From NCBI GenBank assembly GCA_044870765.1, contig JBIOZG010000035.1, positions 19,382 through 83,381 on the forward strand: a DNA stretch of 64,000 bases, in the 5' to 3' direction. Below, piece by piece: positions 39,852 through 50,063 of the stretch. A program made the position numbers and the translations under genes. The stretch is from Nitrososphaeraceae archaeon. Its GTDB lineage: Archaea > Thermoproteota > Nitrososphaeria > Nitrososphaerales > Nitrososphaeraceae. Below the pieces are notes generated by a model that did no database searches, was not told the DNA's origin, and was given only the letters and a program-made list of their open reading frames with translations. Positions within the stretch are counted from its first letter, which is position 1, and each line of letters opens with the position of its first letter.

Positions 39852-40587
39852 AATCCCATCAAATCATCCGAGAGCAAGTTCACTCATCATAAGAGAAAAA
39901 CTGGTTGACGGATTCAATGGAGGAATCGTCGTTCCACAAGGACTAATTGCTCATGGTAGAGGTGAAGCGTTTGATTATTTGCTGGGCGAGAAAACCACAA
40001 AATACGCATACGACGCTGAAAAAGTCGCAGTATGTATACTATTATTATCAGATAAATCAGCTATATCCATAAATGGTAATACTGCAGCATTATGTGCTAA
40101 AGATTTAGTCAAACTAAGTTATGTTACTAAATCAAGAATCGAAGTAAATCTTTTTCATAGGAGTGTGGCAAGATCCAATGCAATAGCGCGGATATTGAGA
40201 AAAGAAGGTTCACGCGAGGTACTGGGAGTGGACACTAAGGCAAAGTCCATAATCTATGGCATATCAAGTAATCGCAAGTTTGTAGCTAAAGAAGGAATAA
40301 TGGACTCTGATACTGTCTTAGTTACATTAGAAGATGGCGATAGAACAGAAAGTCTAGTAAGGATGGGTAAGAAAGTCATTTCTGTCGATCTGAATCCGCT
40401 ATCTAGAACTGCGATAGCATCTAACGTTGCTATCATTGATAACATTGTGCGTGCAATACCGAATATGATAAGGTTATCAGAACAACTTGTCAAGAAGCAA
40501 AAGACATATTTACAGAGTCTGATTAAGAATTTTGATAACAAAGAAAATATACGCAACTCATTACTAGTAATCAAAAAGGGAATATGA
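39841..40587 (+). CDS. pps: Phosphopantothenate synthetase
   Basis: HPRASSL, GLIAHGRGEAFDYLLGE, LEDGDR, DLNPLSRT. Confidence 0.95.
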   Translation: MTHKIPSNHPRASSLIIREKLVDGFNGGIVVPQGLIAHGRGEAFDYLLGEKTTKYAYDAEKVAVCILLLSDKSAISINGNTAALCAKDLVKLSYVTKSRIEVNLFHRSVARSNAIARILRKEGSREVLGVDTKAKSIIYGISSNRKFVAKEGIMDSDTVLVTLEDGDRTESLVRMGKKVISVDLNPLSRTAIASNVAIIDNIVRAIPNMIRLSEQLVKKQKTYLQSLIKNFDNKENIRNSLLVIKKGI

Positions 40588-40588
40588 A

Positions 40589-41449
40589 ATGAGCGGTCAA
40601 AAAAAATCAAAAGTTACAATTTCTGAAATTTTGGACAAGAAAAGGAACAAGGAAAAGATAACAATGCTAACATCTTATGATTATTCTATATCTCGTATTT
40701 GTAATGAGACTAATTTGGACATAGTCCTGATAGGCGATAGTGCAGCGACCGTCATGCTGGGATATGATTCGACAAGGAAGATCGGAATGACGGAAATGTT
40801 GACTTTTTGCAAAGGGGTATCTAATGCAATAACAAGACCATTAATAGTTGCTGACATGCCATTTGGATCCTATCAAACAGGTTTAACGAATGCGATTAAA
40901 AATGCCCTTAAATTTCTGAGATGCGGTTGTGATGCAGTTAAGGTAGAAGGTGGAACCGAAATTGTCGATATAATCAAGAATTTGACAGCCATTGGTGTTC
41001 CTGTAATGGGACATATAGGATTACAGCCTCAGACTACTCCGCTATACCATGGCTACAGCTCACAGGGAAAAACGGCCGAAGATGCATTAAAGCTAATTGG
41101 CGAAGCAAGGGCACTAGAAGAAGCTGGTGTTTTCAGCATTGTTCTTGAAAAGGTTACCAACGAAGTATCATCAATCATAGCTCAATCTGTTAAAGTACCA
41201 ATAATAGGGATAGGATGTGGTCCCAATGTGGATGGACAAGTTTTGGTAATTCATGATATGTTGGGCCTGTATAAAGATATGGAGCCTAAGTTTGTAAAAA
41301 GGTATCTTGATTTGTCTGGACAAATATTTGATGCAATAAAAGAATACGAAAATGAAGTTAAATCTGGAAAGTTCCCGCAAGAAGAACATACATATCATAT
41401 GAACGAAGAAGAGTTTACAAAACTTGAAGAAATGCTCAAAAGGGTCTAG
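40589..41449 (+). CDS. panB: Ketopantoate hydroxymethyltransferase
   Basis: LIGDS, ADMPFGSY, VKVEGG, GHIGLQPQ, DGQVLV. Confidence 0.97.
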   Translation: MSGQKKSKVTISEILDKKRNKEKITMLTSYDYSISRICNETNLDIVLIGDSAATVMLGYDSTRKIGMTEMLTFCKGVSNAITRPLIVADMPFGSYQTGLTNAIKNALKFLRCGCDAVKVEGGTEIVDIIKNLTAIGVPVMGHIGLQPQTTPLYHGYSSQGKTAEDALKLIGEARALEEAGVFSIVLEKVTNEVSSIIAQSVKVPIIGIGCGPNVDGQVLVIHDMLGLYKDMEPKFVKRYLDLSGQIFDAIKEYENEVKSGKFPQEEHTYHMNEEEFTKLEEMLKRV

Positions 41450-41451
41450 GT

Positions 41452-42747
41452 ATGATTAATTCAGAGAATTCTCGAAATCAAAAACATGTTTCGAAGGAAA
41501 TCATAGGTCAAGAGAGCAATGTCCTGAAAGGAATGAATATCGTCCTTTGCATTACTGCAAGTGTTGCTGCCTACAAAGCAATAGATCTTAGTAGAATGCT
41601 GATGCGATATGGAGCAGAAGTCCACCCGGTGATGTCAAAATCAACCAATTCCAAGTTACTGACCGCAGAAATAATGAATTGGGCTACAGGAAACAAAACT
41701 ATAACGGAATTAACATCAGAGCTTGAACATATCACCCTTGCCAATTATGGAAAATCGGATCTAATTCTTGTATATCCTTGCACTGCCAACACTCTGGGTA
41801 AATTTGCCAATGGAATAGAAGACAATCCAGTGACCACTGTTCTGAGTGTAGCATTCGGTTCAAAAATACCCATTGTTATTGCCCCTGCAATGCACGAGGC
41901 CATGTATGAAAATGTCATTATCAGAGATAACATAAAGAAATTAAAGTCATTAGGAGTATCGGTATTAGAACCATCGATTTCAGAAGATAAAGCCAAAGTC
42001 GTTTCTGCAGATAAGGTATTGCAATTTGTTATTAGTAAAATTGCAAATAAGAAAGGAAAAATTGAGCCGACAGTGAATGTATTGGTAACGGCAGGTTCGA
42101 CTATTGAATATGTTGATTCGATTAGAATTTTGACCAACTTAAGCTCTGGAAAAATGGGTTTGAATATAGCACAACATTGTGCAGATAAAGGTTACAATGT
42201 AACTTTTGTTTACGGTCATGGTTCCTTGAATATGCAAGATGATTCAAGAATGAATATCATAAGAGTTAAGACTACTGAAGAAATGCTAAAGGTCTTGAGA
42301 GAAAGAATTTCCAAAGAAAAGCAACATATTGTCTTTCATGCTGCCGCAGTCGCTGATTTCATCGTGGCACATTCCGGAAAAAAATCTCCCAACAAAATGG
42401 ATACTCGAAAAGGAACTACAGCTATTAAACTTATTCCAACTCCGAAAATTATCGACAGAATAAAGGATTTTGATAAGAAAATTTTCTTGGTGGCATTTAA
42501 AGCGGAATATGATGTTTCAGAAGGGATATTGGTGAAAAAAGCTGTTGCTAAGCTTAAGGAGTGTAATGGTGATTTAATCGTAGCCAATGATGTTTCAAGA
42601 AAAGGATGCCACTTCGGTTCTGATACAAACGAGATCTACATAATAGATAAAGAAAAAAACATAATTCACATTCCACTTGCATCAAAGAAGGAAATAGCAA
42701 AAAAATTAGTAACGATAATTTCAAAAAAAATTAACATTGGGCATTAA
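41452..42747 (+). CDS. coaBC: Bifunctional phosphopantothenoylcysteine decarboxylase/synthetase
   Basis: PCTANT, APAMH, NLSSGKMG, AAAVADF, FKAE, VANDV. Confidence 0.96.
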   Translation: MINSENSRNQKHVSKEIIGQESNVLKGMNIVLCITASVAAYKAIDLSRMLMRYGAEVHPVMSKSTNSKLLTAEIMNWATGNKTITELTSELEHITLANYGKSDLILVYPCTANTLGKFANGIEDNPVTTVLSVAFGSKIPIVIAPAMHEAMYENVIIRDNIKKLKSLGVSVLEPSISEDKAKVVSADKVLQFVISKIANKKGKIEPTVNVLVTAGSTIEYVDSIRILTNLSSGKMGLNIAQHCADKGYNVTFVYGHGSLNMQDDSRMNIIRVKTTEEMLKVLRERISKEKQHIVFHAAAVADFIVAHSGKKSPNKMDTRKGTTAIKLIPTPKIIDRIKDFDKKIFLVAFKAEYDVSEGILVKKAVAKLKECNGDLIVANDVSRKGCHFGSDTNEIYIIDKEKNIIHIPLASKKEIAKKLVTIISKKINIGH

Positions 42748-42758
42748 GAGATTTTTGA

Positions 42759-43835
42759 TTACAGAATTAGTAACTCCTTGGTAAACTTAGTTAGGGCTAA
42801 ATCTTTGACACTGTCATTAACTATTACTGTGTCTTCAATTCTTACTCCAAACTTGGAATTTATGTAAACACCAGGCTCAACTGTAACAACCATGCCTCTG
42901 GATAGTTTCTTTGGTTCATTTTGACGTATCCATGGTTGTTCGTGAACTTCCAAACCCACTCCATGTCCAGTAGAATGAATGAAATTGTCTCCATACCCTT
43001 CGTCTGATATTATTTTACGGCAGGCCTCGTCAACTTTTCCACACTCAATTCCTTCCTTTATATTTTCGAGCCCCTGCTGTTGAGATTTCCTGACAAGATC
43101 GTACACCTGGGACATTATAGGATCCGTCTTGTTTAAGGCAAATGTACGAGTGGCATCAGAAATATACCCCTTATATCTCAGTGTTAAGTCTATAACTACC
43201 AAGTCTCCATTGGCAAATTCCCTGTTTGATGTTTCGAAATGAGGTAGAGCACTATTTGGTCCACCAGCAATTATGAATGGATTTAAAGTATAAGGATAGC
43301 ATGTAGAAGTTGCTTCCAGATTCATTGCTTCAAAGAGTAATTTTGACTGCAATTGTTTTTCGGTAAGTCCTGTTTTTATCTCCTCTTTGCATATTTCATA
43401 TAGCTTGTCTATTATATGCGACGCCTCCTTGATTTTTTCAATTTCGTATTCATCTTTGATAATCCTTGAATCTCGAAATGGACCTTCATCCAAGACAAAC
43501 TTACTGTTATCAGTTTGTGGTAAAATAGCTTGAATTGTTTCATAATCACTACAGTCAGAATAAAATCTTTGTTTTGTTAAGTAGGGCATTATTGATTTAA
43601 TCAATCCTACGCCGCGCTCAGTAGTAATAATTTCAGAATATTTGGACTCATTTGATGCTCTGCTGCTTTCTAACTTGGGAACGAAGAGTTTGGTTTCATC
43701 AGGGGTGCATATGGCCACAGATTCCCCCCAAAAACCCGTCAAATAGAAAATATTTTCTGGTTTGAAAACCATCAATGCATTAATTCCGCTTCCAACAATT
43801 GAATCAAGGATTCTTTTGGCACGTTCGTTAGGCAT
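42759..43835 (-). CDS. Xaa-Pro aminopeptidase (M24)
   Basis: SALPH, DATRT, HSTGHGVGLEVHE, EPG, GVRIED. Confidence 0.95.
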   Translation of the reverse strand: MPNERAKRILDSIVGSGINALMVFKPENIFYLTGFWGESVAICTPDETKLFVPKLESSRASNESKYSEIITTERGVGLIKSIMPYLTKQRFYSDCSDYETIQAILPQTDNSKFVLDEGPFRDSRIIKDEYEIEKIKEASHIIDKLYEICKEEIKTGLTEKQLQSKLLFEAMNLEATSTCYPYTLNPFIIAGGPNSALPHFETSNREFANGDLVVIDLTLRYKGYISDATRTFALNKTDPIMSQVYDLVRKSQQQGLENIKEGIECGKVDEACRKIISDEGYGDNFIHSTGHGVGLEVHEQPWIRQNEPKKLSRGMVVTVEPGVYINSKFGVRIEDTVIVNDSVKDLALTKFTKELLIL

Positions 43836-43921
43836 AATTCAAGGCTAAATAAAATCATTTATGTCTTTTTCCAATTTTTACGTAATTATAAATATTGGCT
43901 ATAATCTTTTCATGACTGTAA

Positions 43922-45067
43922 TTGGAATACCTTGTAATGCTTCCCGGCCCAACTAACGTTCCTAATAGAGTTATTAACGCAATGCTTACTCCGATGATAA
44001 ACCATCGAAGTGATGATTTTAGAAAATTATACAAAGATATCGTAAGTAAGACACAAAAAGTATTTGAGACCGAAAATGATATTGTAGTACTTACAACATC
44101 AGGTACCGGGGCCGTCGAAACTTCTGTTGTAAATCTAATAAAAAAGGATGATGTGGTGATCATACCAGTAAATGGAGAATTTAGTACCAGACTAGCAGAT
44201 CTGATCGATAACTATGGTGGAAAAACTATCAGGATAAATTCACCTTATGGGCAAAATCCACCAATAGGAAAAATACAAGAGGCTTTTGAAAAAAACTCCA
44301 ATTCCAAAGTCAAGGCGCTATACGTTGTTTATAATGAAACATCCACAGGCACTACTTTGAGATATTTATCCAAATTAGGTGATATCTGTAAGGCCCACGG
44401 AGCATTTTTTGTAGTTGATGCAGTCTCAATTCTCGGTGGCGATGAATTACCTGTGGATAAGTGGAATGTGGACATTTGTTTCACCGCAACTCAGAAAGCA
44501 CTAGCTGCACCCCCTGGAATAGCCCCTATTTCTATAAGCAAGGAAGCAAAAAAATACATGTTAGAGAATCCTCCGGCAAGTCAATATTTGAACTTGAAGC
44601 GATATTTCAAATACTACAATGACAGCTTTGAAACTCCTTTCACACCTGCCATTAGCCTTTTCTATGCTTATCAAGAGGCATTAAATATTATTCTCGAAGA
44701 AGGAATTCAAAATAGAATTGAGAGACACAGAAAATGTGCTAATGCATTCTATTCAGGACTGGAAGCCTTGGGTTTTACTCCATTTGCCGATGCAAATTCT
44801 AGAAGCAATGTTGTAATTGCAGTAAATTATCTTCCTGGTATTGATGATAAAAAATTTCGAGAGTTGATTTCATCTAAGTTTAAGGTATTGTTAGCAGGGG
44901 GATTCGGAGAGCTTAAGGGAAAGGTTTTTAGAGTAGGATGCATGGGTGAAGTAAGCAGTTACCACGTTATGAGAACTCTTTCTGCAATCTCATCTTCAAT
45001 GTCAATTCTGGGTGTGCCTCCCGTTAAGGATGGATTATCAGTTGCAAACAATATGCTGAGTCAATGA
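43922..45067 (+). CDS. Class V PLP aminotransferase (alanine/serine-glyoxylate type)
   Basis: LPGPT, NETSTG, VDAVS, TQKAL..PPG. Confidence 0.95.
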   Translation: MEYLVMLPGPTNVPNRVINAMLTPMINHRSDDFRKLYKDIVSKTQKVFETENDIVVLTTSGTGAVETSVVNLIKKDDVVIIPVNGEFSTRLADLIDNYGGKTIRINSPYGQNPPIGKIQEAFEKNSNSKVKALYVVYNETSTGTTLRYLSKLGDICKAHGAFFVVDAVSILGGDELPVDKWNVDICFTATQKALAAPPGIAPISISKEAKKYMLENPPASQYLNLKRYFKYYNDSFETPFTPAISLFYAYQEALNIILEEGIQNRIERHRKCANAFYSGLEALGFTPFADANSRSNVVIAVNYLPGIDDKKFRELISSKFKVLLAGGFGELKGKVFRVGCMGEVSSYHVMRTLSAISSSMSILGVPPVKDGLSVANNMLSQ

Positions 45068-45114
45068 TGGCAAGTTGTTAAGCTTAATATTATGGTAAAC
45101 CGACAGCAAATTTC

Positions 45115-45897
45115 GTGACAATGGAAAAAGGATCGCTTATTCTTATAGACTATACTGCTAAAGTTAAGGATTCAGATGAAATTTTTGAGACCACTGTAGA
45201 GGAAAATGCAAAAAAATCTAATCTCTATGATCCGAGCATAAAATATGAACCCAGGTTAGTGTCAATAGGTGAAGGATGGATATTAAAGGGCCTAGATGAA
45301 ATTCTATCAACGGCAAAACTCGGTGATGCTTTGGATGTTGATATACCTCCTGACAAGGCGTTTGGCATGAGAGATCCAAATAAGGTTAGAATGATACCAC
45401 AAAGAAAATTCGGTGACAAAGCTGATGAAATTAAGGCTGGAGATGTAGTCGACATAGATGACAGACGAGGATTTGTCAGGTTCATCGGATCCGGACGAGT
45501 TCAGGTTGATTTCAACCACAGGTTAGCAGGAAAAACGCTAAATTATAACGTCAACATTCTAAAGATCTTACAAACTAACGAAGAGAAAGCATCTTCTCTT
45601 GTCAAAAGAAGACTCCTTGTTGATGGTGATAAAATTTCAATATCTTTTGATAAATCCGAAATGACCATTACCTTACCCGAGGAATCCTTTTTAACAGAGG
45701 GACTGCAGGTCATAAAAAAGGCAATATCAGCCGATTTGTTTAAGTTCATTCCGGCTATTGAGAGCATAAAATTTTTGGAAATTTACAATAAATCCAAGAC
45801 TACATCAAAACCAAAGGAAGAAGCAAAACCAAAGGAAGAAGCAAAACCAAAGGAAGAACCAATACCAAAGGAAGAAGCAAAGTCACAAAAGAAATAG
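45115..45897 (+). CDS. Long FKBP-type peptidyl-prolyl isomerase
   Basis: GRVQVDFNHRLAGKTL, PPDKAFG. Confidence 0.95.
   Translation: MTMEKGSLILIDYTAKVKDSDEIFETTVEENAKKSNLYDPSIKYEPRLVSIGEGWILKGLDEILSTAKLGDALDVDIPPDKAFGMRDPNKVRMIPQRKFGDKADEIKAGDVVDIDDRRGFVRFIGSGRVQVDFNHRLAGKTLNYNVNILKILQTNEEKASSLVKRRLLVDGDKISISFDKSEMTITLPEESFLTEGLQVIKKAISADLFKFIPAIESIKFLEIYNKSKTTSKPKEEAKPKEEAKPKEEPIPKEEAKSQKK
45806..45881. repeat. 18-bp tandem repeat (about 4 copies) encoding KPKEEA
   Basis: caaaaccaaaggaagaag repeated with minor variants. Confidence 0.9.
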
Positions 45898-45959
45898 GAT
45901 CTCTTACTATGGGTGTCTCCTAGGACATCGTAATCTAGATCCACCACTCTCTTACTTAT

Positions 45960-47018
45960 TTAGATGACACTGACCGATTTTGCTATTTCTCTAGCCGATC
46001 CTTTATCCATTTTGATTTTGTTAAGGATAGTATACCTTTCAGGTCTGAGTGATTGAGCAATTAATAATGATTGTATGATTTGGTCTTCGGTTACATCAAT
46101 CTCCTTTGCAGTAGTTGGAGCCTTAATATTCTGCAGTGTCTTGATGATGACAGCATGGTCCAAACCGTGAATTTTTGACATCATTATTGTACCAATTCCA
46201 ACTCTCTCTCCATGCAAACCACAGTTGGTCTTTGCTACATATTCTAGTGCATGGCTAAACAGGTGTTCGGAACCGGAACATGGTCTGCTACTACCAGCAA
46301 TACAGGAGGCAACTCCGGCACTTATTAGTGCCTCTACAATTGTCCTTATGTTGGCACGAAAGGACAATTTGCTAGAATTTTCAATTATTATCTTTGCACT
46401 CATATTTGCAAGATTTGCGGCGTAACTTCCAAAATATTCGTTATTATCATCTCTTGCGAGTTCCCAATCTTTAACCGCAGTGATTTTGCCAATAAGATCA
46501 CCACATCCGCTAGCCTGGAGTCTATAAGGTGCTTCTGAAATGAGTTTAATATCTGCTATTACTCCGATTGGGGCATGGGCCTTAAGTGAGTAAGGCTTAT
46601 CTCTACCACGGATAGAGACAAAGGGACTTGAAATTCCGTCATGTGACGCTGAAGTGGGTACGCTAATAAATGGAATGTTGAGATTAAAAGAAATCATTTT
46701 TGCAACATCGACTGATCTTCCACCTCCCACGCCTACAATAAAATTGGGTTGCTCTTTTCTAACAAGTGATTGAGCAGAAATTATATCATTCATGGATGCA
46801 TTTGGAGTCTCAATCCATTTATGCTTCAAAGATGAGCTGTCCAGAGCTTCCACACATTCTTTTCCCACTCTTGCTTTTACAGTATTTCCAGAGATGACGG
46901 CGACTATTGAGGTTTTATCATTTAAATCTCTTATGAATGATCCAAGTTGATAGATTACATCGTTACCAATTAGTATCTTTCTTGGTAATTCCATTAAATG
47001 ATTGGGATCCGATGTCAA
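45960..47018 (-). CDS. egsA: Glycerol-1-phosphate dehydrogenase
   Basis: GGGRSVD, PTSASHDG, SRPCSGSEHLFSH, LHGE. Confidence 0.96.
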   Translation of the reverse strand: MTSDPNHLMELPRKILIGNDVIYQLGSFIRDLNDKTSIVAVISGNTVKARVGKECVEALDSSSLKHKWIETPNASMNDIISAQSLVRKEQPNFIVGVGGGRSVDVAKMISFNLNIPFISVPTSASHDGISSPFVSIRGRDKPYSLKAHAPIGVIADIKLISEAPYRLQASGCGDLIGKITAVKDWELARDDNNEYFGSYAANLANMSAKIIIENSSKLSFRANIRTIVEALISAGVASCIAGSSRPCSGSEHLFSHALEYVAKTNCGLHGERVGIGTIMMSKIHGLDHAVIIKTLQNIKAPTTAKEIDVTEDQIIQSLLIAQSLRPERYTILNKIKMDKGSAREIAKSVSVI

Positions 47019-47236
47019 TTAGTCTTGCTATATCATTGTTATATTTCATTTTATTTCTATCGCTTTGCAGTAGAATCAATCGAGCCTTTAGTAGTTAGTT
47101 GTAACAGCTGGAAATATCCTAGATGTACACAGTGGGTTGCAAGATGCATGATGTTTAAGAACCTTTATTTAGCTCATCATACATTCCAATGTACAAACTT
47201 CTGAATGAAGATAATATAATTTAGTGAAATATTGAT

Positions 47237-49111
47237 ATGTATGATAGAGTACAGGATGAAGATCGCAATCAAAACATTGTTGCCGCTATTCTAAATAACC
47301 TTCCGTCGGAATCCGAAATAACCAAAATAGAATACGAGGGACCATTTATTGTATTATATTCAAGAAAACCTACAACCCTTTTGGAAAATCAAGAAATCAT
47401 TTCTAAAATGGTGAATACAATAAAAAAGAGAATAGTTATCAGGACAGATACCTCAATCAGGTCTTCTGAGGATTCGGTCAAACAAATAATTCGTTCTAGC
47501 ACATCTTATCCAAACACTATCTCTGAAATTTTTTTTGATCCTGCTCTCGGGGAGGCAACCATTTTTGTAAAGGATTTTAGAACTCTAACAGAACTCAGCC
47601 AATTAGAAATTCCACTAGTTGAAAAAACAGGTTGGAAATTAATTTATAGATATGTCCGAAGTGACTTGAAGCCCATTAGATTCATGAATCAAATACTACA
47701 CAATTCGTCCGAAGAAAGAATGTATTTTTATAAACGAGTTGGTGAAAAAATATTTAGACAAAAGCTTGCTGGTTCTGAAGAAGCAAGTATTGTTTGTTTG
47801 GGCGGATTTTCAGAAATTGGTAGAAGCGCAATGCTGATCGTTACTCATGAAAGTAAGATAATCCTGGATTTTGGTATTAAGAGTTATCATCACGAAGACA
47901 ATGACATTTTGCCACGATTAGATATTTATGGGATTGGAATGAATGAAATCGACGCGGTTATTATTTCCCACGCACATCTTGACCACTGTGGAGCTGTACC
48001 TATTTTATGCAAATATGGATATGATGGTCCGGTATATTGCACTGAACCTACTTTTCCAATTATGATATCAATACTACAGGACTATGCTTCAAAGACCAAA
48101 GAGGCTTTATACTCGTCAAGGGATATTGAAAGATTAATTACTCAAGTAATTCCTCTTAATTTTGGAGCGGTCACCGATATCTCTCCAGACGTTAGAATAA
48201 CTTTTGCAAATTCAGGACATATGATTGGTTCTGCCTCTACACACATGCATATTGGAAATGGTGATTACAATATACTGTATACCGGAGATTTAAAATTTGG
48301 TAGACTAAATACTGTGGACAACGCTTTTTGGAATTTCCCAAGAGCAGAAACGCTAGTAATAGAAAGTACGAACGGAAATAGAGATGATAGATTTGTTACT
48401 AGAGAAGTAGCGGAAGAAAACCTAGTCAAAAGTATCAATTCGACCATTCAGGATGGTGGACGAATATTGATTCCTATCCCTGTCCTCGGTTTATCACAGG
48501 AAATTTGTGTCACGTTAGGAATGTTAAGGAGCATCAATAAAATAAATCCTGAAAATATTTTTGTGGACCAAAAAATATTGGATATATTCTTTTTTTACGA
48601 GATGTATTCGGAATATCTATCAAAGATACTAAAGCAGCGAATAAGTGAGCGAACTGAAGACCCTCTTTATATCAACAGTCTTGTCAGTTTAGAACCATCT
48701 GTGAACTGGAATGGATCAATAATATTGTGTCCATCTTCAATGCTTACGGATGGTCCATCAATTACATATCTGAATCAAATAGCAAGCGATCATCTGAGTA
48801 AGGTTATTCTATTATCCGAACAATTTCAGTCTACACCAGGAAGACTGCTACAAGAAGGACAGCGTAATATTGCTATAGGCGGAAATAATCTTGAAGTTAA
48901 GTGCAATATTGATGTGATACCAGGGTTTAGTATGCACAGTGATTACAATCAATTATTGGCTTACGTAAATCGATTGAAACCAAAGCTAAAAAAGGTAATT
49001 ACTAATCATGGGGAAGGAAAGAAATGTCAAAACTTGTCAAATTCGATAAACAAGATATTCAAGGTACAAAGTTTTCATCCACTCGTTCAAGAATCAATCA
49101 AAGTATTGTGA
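47237..49111 (+). CDS. KH-domain beta-CASP ribonuclease, divergent aCPSF1/FttA homolog
   Basis: EYEGP N-terminus, LGGFSEIGRS, HAHLDH, GHMIGS, YTGD, HSD, NHGE. Confidence 0.9.
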   Translation: MYDRVQDEDRNQNIVAAILNNLPSESEITKIEYEGPFIVLYSRKPTTLLENQEIISKMVNTIKKRIVIRTDTSIRSSEDSVKQIIRSSTSYPNTISEIFFDPALGEATIFVKDFRTLTELSQLEIPLVEKTGWKLIYRYVRSDLKPIRFMNQILHNSSEERMYFYKRVGEKIFRQKLAGSEEASIVCLGGFSEIGRSAMLIVTHESKIILDFGIKSYHHEDNDILPRLDIYGIGMNEIDAVIISHAHLDHCGAVPILCKYGYDGPVYCTEPTFPIMISILQDYASKTKEALYSSRDIERLITQVIPLNFGAVTDISPDVRITFANSGHMIGSASTHMHIGNGDYNILYTGDLKFGRLNTVDNAFWNFPRAETLVIESTNGNRDDRFVTREVAEENLVKSINSTIQDGGRILIPIPVLGLSQEICVTLGMLRSINKINPENIFVDQKILDIFFFYEMYSEYLSKILKQRISERTEDPLYINSLVSLEPSVNWNGSIILCPSSMLTDGPSITYLNQIASDHLSKVILLSEQFQSTPGRLLQEGQRNIAIGGNNLEVKCNIDVIPGFSMHSDYNQLLAYVNRLKPKLKKVITNHGEGKKCQNLSNSINKIFKVQSFHPLVQESIKVL

Positions 49112-49124
49112 GCTTGTAGCAGGA

Positions 49125-49397
49125 TTATTTAAGATCCTGTACTCCTTTCCAAATCTTTACATCTGGGGGTGTAATTACTACTCGTTCTTCACCCAATCTT
49201 GCAATGTCTCCTCCCGCTGATTTAACAAAACTATACAAATCATCTATGGCCTTTCGTAGGGTTTCTATATCCTTCTGGGCCATGGGTGTTATTCGTACTA
49301 TCAGAATCATGTGCTTTTTAGCATCATCTTTAATCGAATCAACATCGCTAATATCTTTTAGAGTTATGGCCTTAAGGTAAATGGGTTGATTTTGCAA
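49125..49397 (-). CDS. sepF: SepF/DUF552 family protein
   Basis: GGDIARLGEERVVITP. Confidence 0.85.
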   Translation of the reverse strand: MQNQPIYLKAITLKDISDVDSIKDDAKKHMILIVRITPMAQKDIETLRKAIDDLYSFVKSAGGDIARLGEERVVITPPDVKIWKGVQDLK

Positions 49398-49742
49398 GGT
49401 AGCATATCCTCTTCTTGATAGCTTGAGAGGTAAAAAGTCAAATAGTTATTCTGGTCAAATATTTTTAACTTGTAGCTTTATTTTTTGCAATTAAAGCTAT
49501 GAAAAAACATAAGTAATTTCAAAAGAAAAAGGTGTTATACTGCTTTTTTATTAATTTTTAGTCTAAATAATTGGAATAATGTTCATTATTTGGTAAATAT
49601 TCTATCTTCATCATAGACACTCGGTAGGAAAATTTAAGGTGATAGGCTACTTAAGATTTAATAGTTTGTGTAATTGGCTGTGGTTGAACAATCGATCTCT
49701 AAATGACGTTGTTTATTGGAACAAAAAAGCATTCTGCTATAT

Positions 49743-50063
49743 CTAGTTCTCCAATTCAATTAATAGACGATTTATTGTTGAATAAACACCGTTCAAATTT
49801 GTAATACAATGCGCTATGCCTTCAATATTATTTTCACTCATTTGAATGCCTTTGTTGTATTTTGTCTCAATCTTGTTCTTATCGGTTTCCAGATGCATAG
49901 TATAGATTGTATGATATCTTTGAAGGGAACAATGATGAGTATATTGTCTGATCTCAAAGTTCTTTATGTTTATCCCATCTATAACGCTTTTTTTCAATAT
50001 TATGATTTTCTTAATAGGATCACCTTCCCAATGGTCAAGATCGTCATCGCGTTTGAATGTCAT
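49743..50063 (-). CDS. Hypothetical protein coupled to PurF-like gene
   Basis: 106-aa ORF, ATGA overlap with upstream gene. Confidence 0.7.
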   Translation of the reverse strand: MTFKRDDDLDHWEGDPIKKIIILKKSVIDGINIKNFEIRQYTHHCSLQRYHTIYTMHLETDKNKIETKYNKGIQMSENNIEGIAHCITNLNGVYSTINRLLIELEN

